This document shows, piece after piece, positions 1-12,061 of a DNA stretch of 64,000 nucleotides; within the stretch, counting starts at the first letter, position 1, and each line of letters begins with the position of its first letter. A program made the translations under genes and the position numbers. Where the stretch lies: NCBI GenBank assembly GCA_028534125.1, contig JAPYYK010000144.1, positions 496,001-560,000 on the forward strand. Direction: 5' to 3'. Source of the DNA: Lama glama (Eukaryota). The notes below the pieces were generated by a model. That model had not been told where the DNA came from. It was given only the letters and a program-made list of their open reading frames with translations, and ran no database searches.

Positions 1-129
1 GTTTGAACACAACCTCTGCCCAATCATTGCCTGAGTGTTACATTATATAGACAGAGCTGTGGCATCTATATACCCAGGACAAAAATATAAATTAGCGGAA
101 AAAAATGAGCAGAGAGAATACCAACCATA

Positions 130-1850
130 TACACTTAATTAACACTTATAGAATACTCCATTCAAAAGCAATATTACACATTTTTCTCCAAGTATACATA
201 AAACATTCCTCAGAACAGACCACATCCTAGTCCACAAAAAAAAGTCTCAATAAATTTAAAAGTATTGAATGATTTAAAGTATGTTCTCCACAATGAAATT
301 AAGTTAGCAAACAACAGAAGAGATTATAGGAACTTATCAAATATTTGGAAATTAAGCCATACTTTTAAAAATACTATATAAATAAAGAAGAAGTCACAAA
401 GGAAATTATAAAGTGTTTGAAGGGAATTAAGAAAAAAATCATATATATTAAAACCTATTAGATGTAGCTAAAGTAGCACTTAGAGGGTAATTTATAGCTC
501 TAAAGATCTACATAAGAAAAAAGAAAGGTCTCAAACCAATAATCTGTTTCCAATATTATAAATAAGAAAAAAGAAGAAATTAGATTCAAAGCCAGCAGGA
601 AAGAAACCATAATGATCATAGAGGAAATCAATCAAATGGAAAATAGAAAAACAATAAAGAAAATCAATCACAAACCTGATAAATTTCTAGTCAGTTTGGC
701 CAAAAAGAGAAGAAACAAATTATCAAACTCATGAATGAAAGATTGAATATTACTACCAATTCTAGCGAAGTTAAATGAATATACAAAATTATGAACAAAT
801 TTATACCAATGTATTATGTAAATAAGTTTAAATAGACAAATTCTTAAGAAGCTATTTCAAGGATAGACCTAAATGTAAGAGCTGAAATTAAACCTAGGAG
901 AAAACATAGGAGAATACTGTTGTGAAGTTAAGTTAGGTGGTGATTTAATTACATGGAGGCATAAAAAGCACACAGTATAACAAAAATTGGTAAATTGGAC
1001 TCAAGCAAATTTCTGCTCTACAAAAGGCATTGTTAAAAAGTGAACAAACACTCCACAAATCTGGAAGAAAATATCTCCAAGACACATCTATTAAAGGGTT
1101 TGAATCTAGGGCACATAAAGAACTATTACTACTCAAATAAATGAGATGACAAGAAGACATTTGGATGGAAAATTAATACCATAATGTTATACAACTACAC
1201 ATCTCCGAGAATGGCTAAAATGAAAAAGACTGAAAACATCAAGTGCCAATGTGAATATGGAATAACTGGAAATCTCATTCATTGTTAATGATGTATCTCC
1301 AATGTGATGCAGCTACCTTGGAGAATAATTTAACATGTTTTAAAAGCTTAAATATACATCTAATATATATCTCAGAAATCCCACTCCTAGATAATTATTC
1401 AAGGGAGATGAAATCACATGTTAAAAAGACCAGCAAATTAATATTTATAATAAATTTATTCATAATCAGTCAAAAACTGAAAATGCAAATACCCTGTCAA
1501 CTGGTGAATGAATAAATAAACTGTAGTACATCCATACAATGAGATACCATTCGGTAATAAAAAGGAATAAATTACTGATACATACAAAAACATGGATGAC
1601 TCTCAAAAACTTATGCTAAACTAAATCCAAAAGGTCAAACACCATTTGCTTCCAATATATCATACACTGGAAAATGCATAGTAAGGACAGAAATCAGATC
1701 AGGGCCAAGGGCGACAGGGAGAGGAGACAGGTGTAAAGGAACACGAGGGACTTTTTGGCATGATGTAAATGTTCTAAATCTTGACTGTGATGGTGGTTAC
1801 ATGACTGTATACATTTGTCAAAATATACCTTAAATAAATAGGTACAAAAG
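130..1850 (+). mobile_element. Decayed old L1 (L1M/L1ME-type): ORF2 endonuclease C-terminus joined at ~860 to ORF2 3' end and 3' UTR; RT region missing
   Basis: ttatagaatactccattcaaaa...acatttttctccaagt...gaccacatcctagtccacaaa resembles ORF2 YRTLHP..YTFFSS..DHILGHK; downstream gacctaaatgtaagagctgaa and the 3' UTR motif tgtaaatgttctaaatcttgactgtgatggtggttacatgactgtatacatttgtcaaaat. Confidence 0.85.
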
Positions 1851-2019
1851 GGGAAAAAAAGATTATTGACAAATATCATCCTCATGAGAAAACAGGTTCA
1901 GAAGTAGGTCTCCTCATCCTCTCAGAGTAAAAACTCTAACAATTCAGCTGAGAACACTGGAGAAGGACCTAGAAGCTCAACAAGTCAGTGCACTGCCTGT
2001 GTGAGGAGAAAGAGCTGGT

Positions 2020-2112
2020 GTAATTTATCTGTATAGTCCCAGTACCCAGCAGAGGGTCATAATCTCATAGCTTCTTAAAACACATTTGTAAAACAAATGG
2101 ACAGATAAATGG
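2020..2112 (+). mobile_element. L2 3' terminal fragment
   Basis: tctgtatagtcccagtacccagc...acatttgtaaaacaaatggacagataaatgg resembles the L2 3' end. Confidence 0.5.
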
Positions 2113-2739
2113 CTTCTAATGAAGATATTTAGCTAAACTCAGATACTCTGCCAGGTGTGGGGGTGAAATATTAAATAGTGAAATATGAAAACAGGAGCCT
2201 ATAAATTCCATCTAATTCCCCACACTACCATGTCAATGATGCCTGGATGGCTGTTTGAGAATCTTTGCGCATAATCATAATGCCAAGTCAGTAAACAGAT
2301 AAATACTTTTTTAAAAAAAGGGATCATGTACAAAGAACAAAATGTCTTTCAGATGACTCATTTAAAGATTAAAACAGATAGACAAATCACAATAAAGAAC
2401 TCTATCCAAATCTTACAATTCTATGCAAGTAAAATTGATCTGTGTAAGTTAGATAATGCCTGAGCCGAAATAAGGTTGTGTAACAAATTTGTTTCACTTG
2501 AAGTAGGCAGCATTTCTTATTTTTATTGCATTTTGCAATAACGAAGCAAACTCAAAGTCTTCTCTGCAAACTGTTCATTTCTTAGCTCTAGATTGTTTTC
2601 AAAAAATTCAAATCAATTCACATTATTTCTAAAGAAATGTCAAAATCTTCTCAACTGTTTGCAATGATATTGCCATTTTCTCTTGTTCAAATTTTTATTT
2701 GGCAAAATCCCCTAATAATATCCTTTACAGCAATTTTTG

Positions 2740-3130
2740 TTTTTCTAATCCAGATGTAACTCTAGTTGTCACGTCTCTTCAGACCCCTTCAACCTGGAGC
2801 AGTTCCTCTGCCTTTCTTTCATGATATTTCCATTTTGGAGAGGTGGGGGGTGGTCAGTTTCTTTGTAAAGTATCCCTGCATCTGGGTTTGTCAGATGGTT
2901 CTCATGATTAGTTCCTGGTTAAGCATTTTAGGCAGGTCCTCCACAGACATAATATTGTGTTCTTCGTGCTGTATCACATCAGAAGGAAGGGGATGTTCAT
3001 TTGTGCTAGTAGGAGGGGTGTCAATTTGGATCATTTAGCATAGGTGGTATTTGTCAGCTATCTCTACAGTAAAGGGATCTTTTACCCTTTGTAATTAATA
3101 CATAACCGACGTAGAAACACTTCGACAGTT
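2740..3130 (-). mobile_element. L1MC4/L1MC5-like 3' UTR fragment
   Basis: tagttgtcacgtctctt...catctgggtttgtcagatggttctcatgattag...ccctttgtaattaatacata is the reverse complement of an L1MC-type 3' UTR. Confidence 0.75.
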
Positions 3131-3708
3131 CATAACTTAGTTCCATTACATACATTTTAATGTTAAAATATTATGACATTGTAAAGTATAATTTCTGTAA
3201 AAATAAACACATTTAGCCACTATTAACCTCATCAGATCTAGTTTTGGAAGAGTAAGATGTGTGTACTTATTCTACAGGTTTTCAGAGGCTATCCTATATT
3301 CCTATTATTTTTAAGGCATAGATTTAAGTAAATGTTGATAGATGGGCGCTACAGAAATTGCCCATTTTCTTCCTGTACCAACATGAAGCTTACTGTTTAC
3401 GCCTTGTTCCCATGAGCCCTGTTAGACAGTGATTTCTTCTGTTTAAAATTCAAGAGCAGTGTTCTGCATTCTGGAGGAAACAAAATGCTTTTCCAATGTA
3501 CTGACAAATGTACCATCTCACCAAATATCAAGAATCCCAAGAGGGTGGACTGGATCAATAAATAAACTTTCAGCCCCTGGCTTAAGCCCCAATGATTCAG
3601 TCCCATTTATAAAGTGTTAATCTTGAAATATAGTTTGAGATCAAGCTGGATACTGTTTGTTACAATACAAACTGGTAACTCACTAGAAACCCCACTTGCT
3701 TAAAGTTA

Positions 3709-3932
3709 GCATGTTATAACAGAAAGATCCCTACAGTTTAAGACAACCAGTGTTTTTATCTTACCTCTATCACTTAAATCTAGCTTTTCATAATTCACTT
3801 TCCTTTCTGAAAATTCATTTATTCATCTTTAAATTGGGGCTCATAGTACCAAGTCCGTGGGGTTGTATAAACAATAAAACATATCATGCCTGAAAGAGCT
3901 CTGGAAGCCCATAAAGCACTTACAAATGTCAG
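3709..3932 (+). mobile_element. MIR SINE
   Basis: MIR core-like ttcatctttaaattggggctcatagtacc...ggttgtataa and tail aaagcacttacaaatgtcag. Confidence 0.65.
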
Positions 3933-4729
3933 TCAAAGCGGGGAAAATGCCCTCCAAAATACAATTATTATTATTTCCCACATGAAAAATCATTCAACTT
4001 GGATTTGATGCCAAAAAAAATCTATTTATTACAGAATTTCCAAAGCTTTGAATGTCTGAAAATAGAGCATCCTGATTGTACAAATGAAGCAACACTGAAT
4101 AGAACAGAATTTTAATGATGCCAAGAACCAGGCATAAACTGATCAAGAGACTGACTACTTTTCATGCTGATTTCAAGGAGTGAAGTACAGTTTCAGGAGG
4201 AACAGCTGCCAACTGCGGTTGTCAGCCTACTGCATACCTTTTACAGTGATGCTGGAGCTGCCTACACACAAGGCTATGGGAAACGCTCAAGCACTGGCTG
4301 CTTTTTTCAGTTGCGGGTACACATGCACACATATGCACATATGCACACACACACAACAGCCTGGCAAAGAAACAGATGAATTAACTAAAGTGTAACTCCC
4401 TTCAAGTAATGCCTCCATGCTATTTTATGAGTTGTCTCATCAGTTCTTGAAGAAACTACCAGAATGGTGAGTGAGTGTACCTTCCCAGTGAAAGAACCAG
4501 AAAGGGTGGAGGCAAATGGGCAGCTGTAATGGAATCAGTGCTCTATTCACAAGTGCTAAAATAAGCATTGGTACAGCTAGCGACTGCACTTGAAGCTTCA
4601 CGTAAAATAGGATTATGTACCAGATGAAAATGTTTTCAGCTAAATCAACTCCCAGCCTAAGGAAGAAGCAGGAGGCAAGAGCTAGATGGATTGGGGCTGA
4701 GAATGAAGGCTAAATAAGAGGAGTACTGA

Positions 4730-5060
4730 TCTCCTTATCCATCACCCCTCATCCTGTTGTCACTTCCTTCTCCATTTAATATATAGTTATATGGACATTT
4801 ATTCCACAACACCCTTCTTTCACTCCCCCCCTCTCAAATCTGCTTGGCTAAATCTTAGTCCTAATAAACCCAATTCTGCATTGACACTGCCTTTACCAAG
4901 ATGCTGACAACTGCTGGAGAGAATTCAAAACAGAATGGATTTGTGGTACCATATTGAAAGTAGCCAGTCTTAAAAGGGCCTCAGAATTCCTTTGACTAGT
5001 AATCCTTTGTGATTCTCTGGTCATACCTCTTCTAATTCCCACAGCAGCAACTGCCAGAGG
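4730..5060 (+). mobile_element. L2 ORF2 fragment
   Basis: aactgctggagagaattcaaaacag...gggcctcagaattcc...tctctggtcatacctc resembles L2 internal consensus. Confidence 0.55.
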
Positions 5061-5729
5061 TAAGTGCTATGTCTGACATTCCAATAAAGTATTTAATGCA
5101 TAAAATGCCATGAATGTGCACTGTATAGAAGGGATACGCAATAATAACTTACATATTAATAATCCAGGTAGTTTTTGTTAAAAATGATTAGAAACTCTAT
5201 AAAGCAAGGAGGTTCTTTGTGTCTGATTATGAGAAAATCATATATATGAATACATGTATTCACATATGTGAATGATAATTCATTGTAAATGTAAGAAGAA
5301 AAGCAAAACCAAAGAAAATAAAGATAAAACTATTCTAGCTATCATGTTCAAATTCTCAAAAATCATGACTGAGCTTCAAGTTTTGTCCCAAATTTCCTGG
5401 CTACTAAGGCAAAAAGAGAAAGAAAATCTACTATATGGATCTTGTTGAACAGGAAATGTGTGGAAATTCCTCAGCAAAGGGTAATCTTTTTTTCTACCAG
5501 CAATGAAATTAACATTAAATGTGTCATGTAGTTGATGAACAATATCTTTTTTAAAAGTACAAATGCCATGTTAAATTTTATACATTTATTTGTAGTGACC
5601 TCTGACAAAGGTTAAAAGCAAAACATTGTACACCTCTATGATTTCATGAGGGGCTAAACTAACATACATTTGTGGATGTAGCATTTGCTGGTTCAGCTTG
5701 ACCCAGTAATAGAATTAAAACACCGAGAG

Positions 5730-5955
5730 TAGGATTTCACACCTTGCCACTGTTTACCTTCAGGGCCAGATCATTCCTTTGCAGTGGGCGCTGTCCTGTG
5801 CACTACAGGATATTTAGCGGTAGCCCTGCCCTCTACCCACTAGATGCCATGAGCACCGCCTTTCCTCTCCCCGGGTTACGACAGCCAAAAGACATCTCCA
5901 AACATTGCTAAATGCCACCTGAGGAGCAAATTCACCCCCTAGTTGAGAACGACTG
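5730..5955 (-). mobile_element. MER20 (hAT-Charlie)
   Basis: Near full-length reverse match: ctgtcctgtgcactacaggatatttagc...ctctacccactagatgcca...ctccaaacattgctaaatg...gttgagaacgactg; degenerate 8-bp flanks accgagag/acgtagag. Confidence 0.9.
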
Positions 5956-6454
5956 ACGTAGAGTGATGGAAAGCAAAAGACTCCTCGTTTTTCGCCCTCC
6001 CAGCTCACTGTCTACACTAATCATTTCCACCTTGCCATTGGCCTCATGGGAGATGCACCACCATAGACATTACCACCTTTTGTTTTTACATTCCTCTGTC
6101 CCTCCATGTTTCTTCTTAACCTGCCAAATATTCCTTGCAGGTTTAATTTCAAAAGATTTTTATAAATAATTCTTTGCTCTGAATAGCATTCATCATACAG
6201 ACACAGATAATACAGGCTTCTATTCATTACAAGTTTCGACCAGAAAACTGATCACCTAGGGGAAAGCACAACCACTTCTGTTACTGAAAACTGACCAGGC
6301 ATGTTGAAACATGCTTTTCTATATTCACTCCTCTTCTCCCCAATCCTATTGTAAATTACTGTGAACACTGGTGTTGGTACTTTATAGTTTTTCCCTCTAG
6401 GGAGATTGTACTGTAGACCACTCATACTATTCCTTCTAGAACTACTACAAGTTA

Positions 6455-6560
6455 GCATTTGTTACATGCATTCATTGTTTGCCAGGCATTATGGTAGGTA
6501 CTTTACAAATGTTATCAATGTTCCTCACCCAAATTCATCTATAGAGGCATTACTGGCATC
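6455..6560 (-). mobile_element. MIR fragment
   Basis: gcatttgttacatgc...tgccaggcattatggtaggtactttacaaatgttatc. Confidence 0.6.
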
Positions 6561-6659
6561 TACTAGGGTATCTTAGAAAAGGAGATGCTTAGTTGGATTT
6601 CAGGAGAGAAATAATAGGCACTTAGCTTAACAGGAAAATGTCTACTGTCAAAACATAGC

Positions 6660-7300
6660 CTTCACTTCTCACCTTTTTGCTTTGTTTCAACTGACATTCT
6701 GTCTTTCCTTGTCTCTAGTAAGTCAATGGTTAGCTCCAGCCTGATTTTTGGTTTCCTTTTCTTTTTTCTCCTTACTAGTGCTAATGAGTAGTGCCTTCTC
6801 TAATGACTTTCATGACCGTTTCTCTTAGAATGGTCCAGATTCCTTTTGGAATTAAGGAATGGTTAGATATCTGTGGTTTTCTGCCATTTCCAGATTTGCC
6901 ATAGAAAATATGTGCTATTTTCATTGTCTGTCTAATCAATTGGTGGTGGATTTGCAGAGATTTCAATTACCAAGAAATAAGGCCTCACTGAGTAGCTTAA
7001 GATGAGTCTTTCCATGTTGATGGCCATAATCAAGAGACCTCAAAACAAGCAGAAAGGACCCCAACCACCAACAGGTCCACCTGAGGAAGAAGGTCTCATT
7101 TGGAGGTTTACTCCATTATCCCGTATGTGGGTATCCCTTCTATTAACTGTGGGGTATTGTGCTAATGGTAGTGGCATTGAACATGCTTTCTTAGAGGACT
7201 GTGAAAGACTCCACAATGTTGGTACTAACTTTTCTGGAAAGCCTGTTCCTTTGAGATGATCTAGAAGATTAACATTCTCCTTCGAGGATGCCAGTGTGCC
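6660..7300 (-). mobile_element. Probable very old RTE-clade LINE fragment (L4/MamRTE-like EN-RT linker)
   Basis: Minus-strand translation WTILRETVMKVIRE...RRKKKRKPKIRLELTIDLLETRK resembles the RTE linker pattern; highly degenerate. Confidence 0.3.
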
Positions 7301-7629
7301 TCATGTCTGGTAAGTTTCCTATGATTCTCTAAGTCAGACTATCCTCTATCTTTAAGATATCTTTATCTCTCTCTGCGATCTATCAAAAATCAGCCCTTGA
7401 CACAAGGATTTGTTAAAAATAAAAAAAAGAGAAAAAAGGAAGAAAATAAAAGTTAAAAAAAGATATCTCTATCTCTATTACTACGACAGCATAAAGAGAA
7501 AGACAGAGTTGCTGCTAAGAGTGGGATCCTAACAGCTATAACAATTCTCATTTGATCTGTAACAATTTTCATTTGACAGATGATCAAATGAGGCTGAGAG
7601 ATATTAGGACCAGATATGAGCAAGTGGAA

Positions 7630-8265
7630 TATAGTAGGCAGAATTCTAAGATGATCCCCCAAATTTCCACTGCCCTGGTGTACATGCCCTATGTAATTCC
7701 CTCCCCTTAGATGTGGACACGACCTGTGAATATGATAGGAGAGTTATCCCATGATTAAATTATATATGTCAAGGGTGTTGGGATTTTCAGATGTAATTAA
7801 AGTCCCTAATCAAGTGATGTTAAATTAATCAGAAGGGAGATTTTCCTAGGTGGTCTTCACCAAAAAGGTGAGACCTTTAAAGAAAGTGTAGAGATCAGAG
7901 AGATTCTCCTATTGGCTTTGAAGAAGTAAGCAGACATGTTGTAAGAAAGTCAAGTGGGAGGGAAATACAGGGGTCTCTAGACACTGAGAGCAGCACTCAG
8001 CTGACAGCCAAGAAGAAAGTGTGGTCATCAGTCATACAACTGCATGGAACTGAATTATGTCAACAATCACATAAGCTCAGAAGTTGACCCTAAGCTACAG
8101 AAAGAAACACGGCCCAGCCAACATCTTGCTTTCAACCTTGTGAGACACTGAGCACAGAACCCCGCTAAGCCATTCATGGACTCCTGACTCATGTAAACTG
8201 TATATTTTTTAAGCCATTAGCTAAGTTTGTGGCAATTTGTTATGCAGTAATTGAAAACTAATGCA
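7630..8265 (+). mobile_element. MaLR solo LTR (MLT1E-like)
   Basis: Starts tatagtaggcagaattctaagatgatcccc; ends aagtttgtggcaatttgttatgcagtaattgaaaactaatgca, typical MLT1 termini. Confidence 0.9.
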
Positions 8266-9741
8266 TCCTTAAAGTTGAGAAATAAAGTGCAATGTTTGAC
8301 AACAGAAGGAGACTAGTGACCTATTTAATAAACTTGCTTTTTCCATATTATGGGAACTTCAAAGATGTGGCCAATAATCTAAACACCAACAGTAGAAAAA
8401 TACTATAGTTTATAAGCAAATGATTCCTATGCATTTAAGACTACACTGATCATTAATCAGGAATAATTTTATCTGCACAGGTAACATATCCCAGATATTA
8501 GCTTTACTAATATTTCTTTTGACTAGAAAAAGAAGGCACAATTTAGTTCAAAATAATGCATTAGATATCTAGAAATGCATCACAAAGTCCAATTTACAAG
8601 AAGCAAAGGTTGAGAGGTATCTGTTTGACTTTTTCTGCATTGGGACTATTTTTCTTACTTATTTACTGCTGATCTTATTTATACCCCAGCAAATTTGTTT
8701 TCAGAAAGCAAGGACTGAAGAATGAGTGTTGACTTCTATGAACAGTTTTTGCTGATCACTCTGTCACACTCCATGTAACAGGAAGGAATTGTTTCAGGTT
8801 GATTCTAGTTTTCCTCACATAGACTGCTTGCTCGCATTGGATGATTACATCAAATGTCTATGTGATCGAGGAAATTATAGTTTCTCACAATTCAACATCT
8901 GAAGATTGTCTCTTGCTATAAAGAATCCATTGAACTGATGTGAGAACAAATTAAGTTAACTTTGAGGACCTAAAAGTTATAAGCCATTGCAAAAACCTTA
9001 GTCATGAGGGGTTTAAGTTTTTTGATATGAATTTACAAAGTAGCAATGAACCCCAATTTAGAATTACTCAGTCTTGCTAGAAGTAAACAGGCTAGAAATC
9101 AAAAGGAAGTAGAATTCAAATCAATATAAGAGGTTATAACAATCTCATCTTTGTAACAATTAAATGAGCTGCCTTATGTGATAATGAGTTGCCAATTACT
9201 AGAAATGATTATGCAGACGTTGGAAGATCACTCTGTAGAACAAATTCTCACACTAGTTGGGAGAGTGGGCCCAATGAACAATAAAGTCCCCACTTCAATT
9301 TCAAGAGTTTTTATGATTCTAAAGAAAAAAAGATGTAATAATTTAAAGAGATATCCTACACCATTAGGTGCTTGTAATGGGACAAGATTTATGACATGAT
9401 ATACACATCAGTTACTGTATATTACAAGAACAAATTTATGTCTTTCTTCCTTAGGTATAATGCAATCTTGGCAATTTGCTCAAACTCTTTAATGGTGAAG
9501 AGAGGAAGAACACCCAGGTACAGTTTCTGGTATTTAAGGACTCACCCCTAGAGATTCATATATGGGGAGGGTAATTAAGGAAAAAAAGAGAATAATTAGT
9601 CAGATGATGTAATACAATGACACGTGTATAACTTTATCAACCATCAAGTTCTGCACCACACTGGAAAATTCTGTCTCAAATAAGTTGGAAAGCACCTCTG
9701 ATCAAGAATGATTAAAAAACCCCACAAAAACATTATTTCAA

Positions 9742-10340
9742 TAAGATATATGCACCCCAATGTTCATAATAGCATTATTTACAATTGCCAAGGTATGGAA
9801 GCAACCTAAGTGCCCTTCAACAGATGAATGGATAAAGATGTGGTATGTGTGTGTGTGCGCACGTGTGCGCGTGTGTGTGTGTATATACACACATATACAT
9901 ATACAACAAAATACTACTCAGCCATAAAAAAGAATAAAATTTTTCCATTTGCAGCACCATGGATGGACTTGGAGGGAATTATGCTAAGTGAAATAAGTCA
10001 GAGAGAGAAAGACAAATGCTGTATGATATCACTTATATGTGGAATCTGAAAAATACAACTAGTCAATATAACAAAAAAGGAGTAGACTCACAGATATAGA
10101 GAACAAACTAGGGGTTACCAGTGGGGAGAGGGAAGGGGAGATGGGTAATAAGGGGTAGGGAATTAAGAGGTACAAACTATTAGGTATAAAATAAGCTACA
10201 AGAATGTATTGTACAACATGGGGAATATAGCCAATATTTAAAAATAACTATAAATGGAGTATAACTTTTAAAAATAATGAATCACTGTATTGTATACCTG
10301 TAACTTATATAATACTGTACAAGAACCACACTTCAATAAA
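9742..10340 (+). mobile_element. 5'-truncated laurasiatherian L1 3' end with internal (TG)n microsatellite
   Basis: gatatatgcaccccaatgttcata...ggatggacttggagggaattatgctaagtgaaataagtcag...acttcaataaaa; ORF 9828-10049 carries FAAPWMDLEGIMLSEISQ. Confidence 0.9.
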
Positions 10341-10384
10341 ATTTTTAAAGACTTTTTTAAAAGATATCTTTAGTTTGAACCTGA

Positions 10385-10755
10385 CTGGCCTCTGAGTTAC
10401 CCAAGAAGTGTCAAATAGGCAGTTATCATGATTCCTAAGTCTAGAGCTCAGAGATGTGGGGAGAGATGGCACTTTGAGTATTGTCAGTCTATATTTAAAG
10501 TCATAGGAATAGATGAGACCGTACAGGAAGAAAGTGGGAAGGAGAGAAAAGGAGAAATGGCTTGATACCAAGTTTGGGGGAACCCCCAAATTTTTAGGGT
10601 AAGTAGAAGAGGGCAGGAAGGGAAAGAAAACTCACAAGGAGTGACCAGAGGAAAAGGAAAAAGACAAAGATTCTTGGTGTTGCAGAACCAAGAGAGAAAA
10701 GTGTAGAAGAATAAAGAATGGTTAACTATGGAAAATGTTGCTGAGAAGTGGCATA
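10385..10755 (-). mobile_element. L2 fragment
   Basis: gtgtcaaataggcagtt...agtcataggaatagatgagacc...gggggaacccccaaatttttaggg. Confidence 0.75.
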
Positions 10756-10877
10756 CATAAAGACAGAAAACTGACATGATAGTTTTAAAAATCAAAGTAT
10801 GGAAACAACCTAATTTTATATCAACAGGAGGCCAGGTAAATAAATTGTGGTATATTCATGCAATGGAAGACTCTGAG

Positions 10878-11366
10878 TGTAGGCCCCCGACTGTGGGAAC
10901 AAAGGAACGAGCCGTGGGCCGGAATGGTAAACAAGTTAAAAAAAGCTGCAGACTCAGAGGTGAGAAGGCTGGTTAGCCAAGGACGGGTAAGATCCCCAGA
11001 GGGGGGAACCTAAGACACACACAGCCGCCTGAGTCCAGGACGAATGTTGTGAAGCAGCCGTTTCTCATACATTCCACCCTGATAAGCTGTAAGGCTCGCT
11101 GGTGCCAACACGAACATGATTTACCAAAACATAAAGGGTCTTCTGACCTCGAGCCAGATGCTGCCTGTTAACCATTTCCCTTGTCATTCTTCTTTGCTAT
11201 ATAAGACTGTGTAACTTAATAAAGCTTCAGAGTAGCCATCAGCTCTCTCCGCATACGGTGTGTATGTGTACATGGTATCGTGACACTGACATTTGGTGAC
11301 CCCAATGTGATATCAGCGCGGTGAACTACATGTAAGTAAGGGGATAATTTATATCGGGGGCCTACA
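10878..11366 (+). mobile_element. LTR-like retroelement insertion with 13-bp terminal inverted repeats, 5-bp TSD and internal tRNA-Trp PBS
   Basis: TSD CTGAG (10873-10877 and 11367-11371); TIR TGTAGGCCCCCGA (10878-10890) / TCGGGGGCCTACA (11354-11366); TATATAA 11198-11204; AATAAA 11218-11223; CA-TT then PBS at 11290-11311. Confidence 0.9.
11294..11311 (+). other. Retroviral primer-binding site complementary to the tRNA-Trp 3' end
   Basis: TGGTGACCCCAATGTGAT vs canonical TGGTGACCCCGACGTGAT: 16/18, both mismatches are CpG-decay transitions. Confidence 0.85.
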
Positions 11367-11965
11367 CTGAGCAATGAAAACGAATGAGAAGGACAGACGC
11401 TCCCATCAACATGGAAAAATCTCTAAAACCTAATGTTGAACTAAAAAGAAGCAATTGTTACAAAGACAGATATTACTGAAAAGTTAAAAAACATCTAAAA
11501 CTAATATCTATATATTTTTATAGATGCATCTGTATTTAGGAATAATGTAAAAGCAGACAGGAATTATTTTTAAAAAATTGATGAAAGCAGTAACATCTGG
11601 GGAATGTGTAGGGGAAAGTGATCAAAGAAAAGTACATAATAGACATCACCTTATCTAGAATGTACTATTTCTTTTAAAGTTTGAAACAAATATAGGATAA
11701 TACATGAACATTACTGATACAATTTTCCCTTTTTGTCTATATGTTTGAAATATTTCATAATGAAAATTTTAAATGAACAAAATGGACAAGATTTGGCAAC
11801 TTTTTAAGAGTAGTTTTAAATGGAGTAGGTTAAAATGAACTAAAGAGAAAATGAGAGGTAAGGAAGGGTAAATTCTTCTTTTGAGAAGTTTGACTTCCCC
11901 CTCTGAGTGATCTTGGAGAGGTTATTTAACCTCTCTGAAACTCAGTTTTCTCATCCATAAGATGA

Positions 11966-12061
11966 TGTGTGTATGTGTGTATATGTGTGTGTGCACACAT
12001 AAGTGTGCATGTGTGTGTACATATATACACATTCATACATGCACACACATATATGTACACA
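11966..12061. repeat. Imperfect (TG/CA/TA)n microsatellite following a MIR core fragment (~11905-11965)
   Basis: tgtgtgtatgtgtgtatatgtgtgtgtgcacac...; upstream cctctctgaaactcagttttctcatccataagatg. Confidence 0.7.

Larger units (their letters stand above)
10780..11770 (+). mobile_element. Old L1ME-type 3' end, split by the 10878-11366 insertion
   Basis: ggaaacaacctaa...aaattgtggtatattcatgcaatggaagactCTGAG, resuming CTGAGcaatgaaaacgaatgag...caacatggaaaaatctc. Confidence 0.8.

Noticed and set aside
2480-2720. Possible hAT transposase remnant on the minus strand
   Set aside because: Similarity too weak to support without an HMM search.
8838-8905. Possible C/D-box snoRNA (GATGAT...CTGA)
   Set aside because: C box does not match RUGAUGA and there is no terminal stem.
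10878-11366. Reading the TIR-bounded insert as an ordinary DNA transposon (MITE)
   Set aside because: TG...CA termini with TATA, poly(A) signal and PBS point to retroviral origin, and a 5-bp TSD fits neither hAT (8 bp) nor Tc1/mariner (TA).
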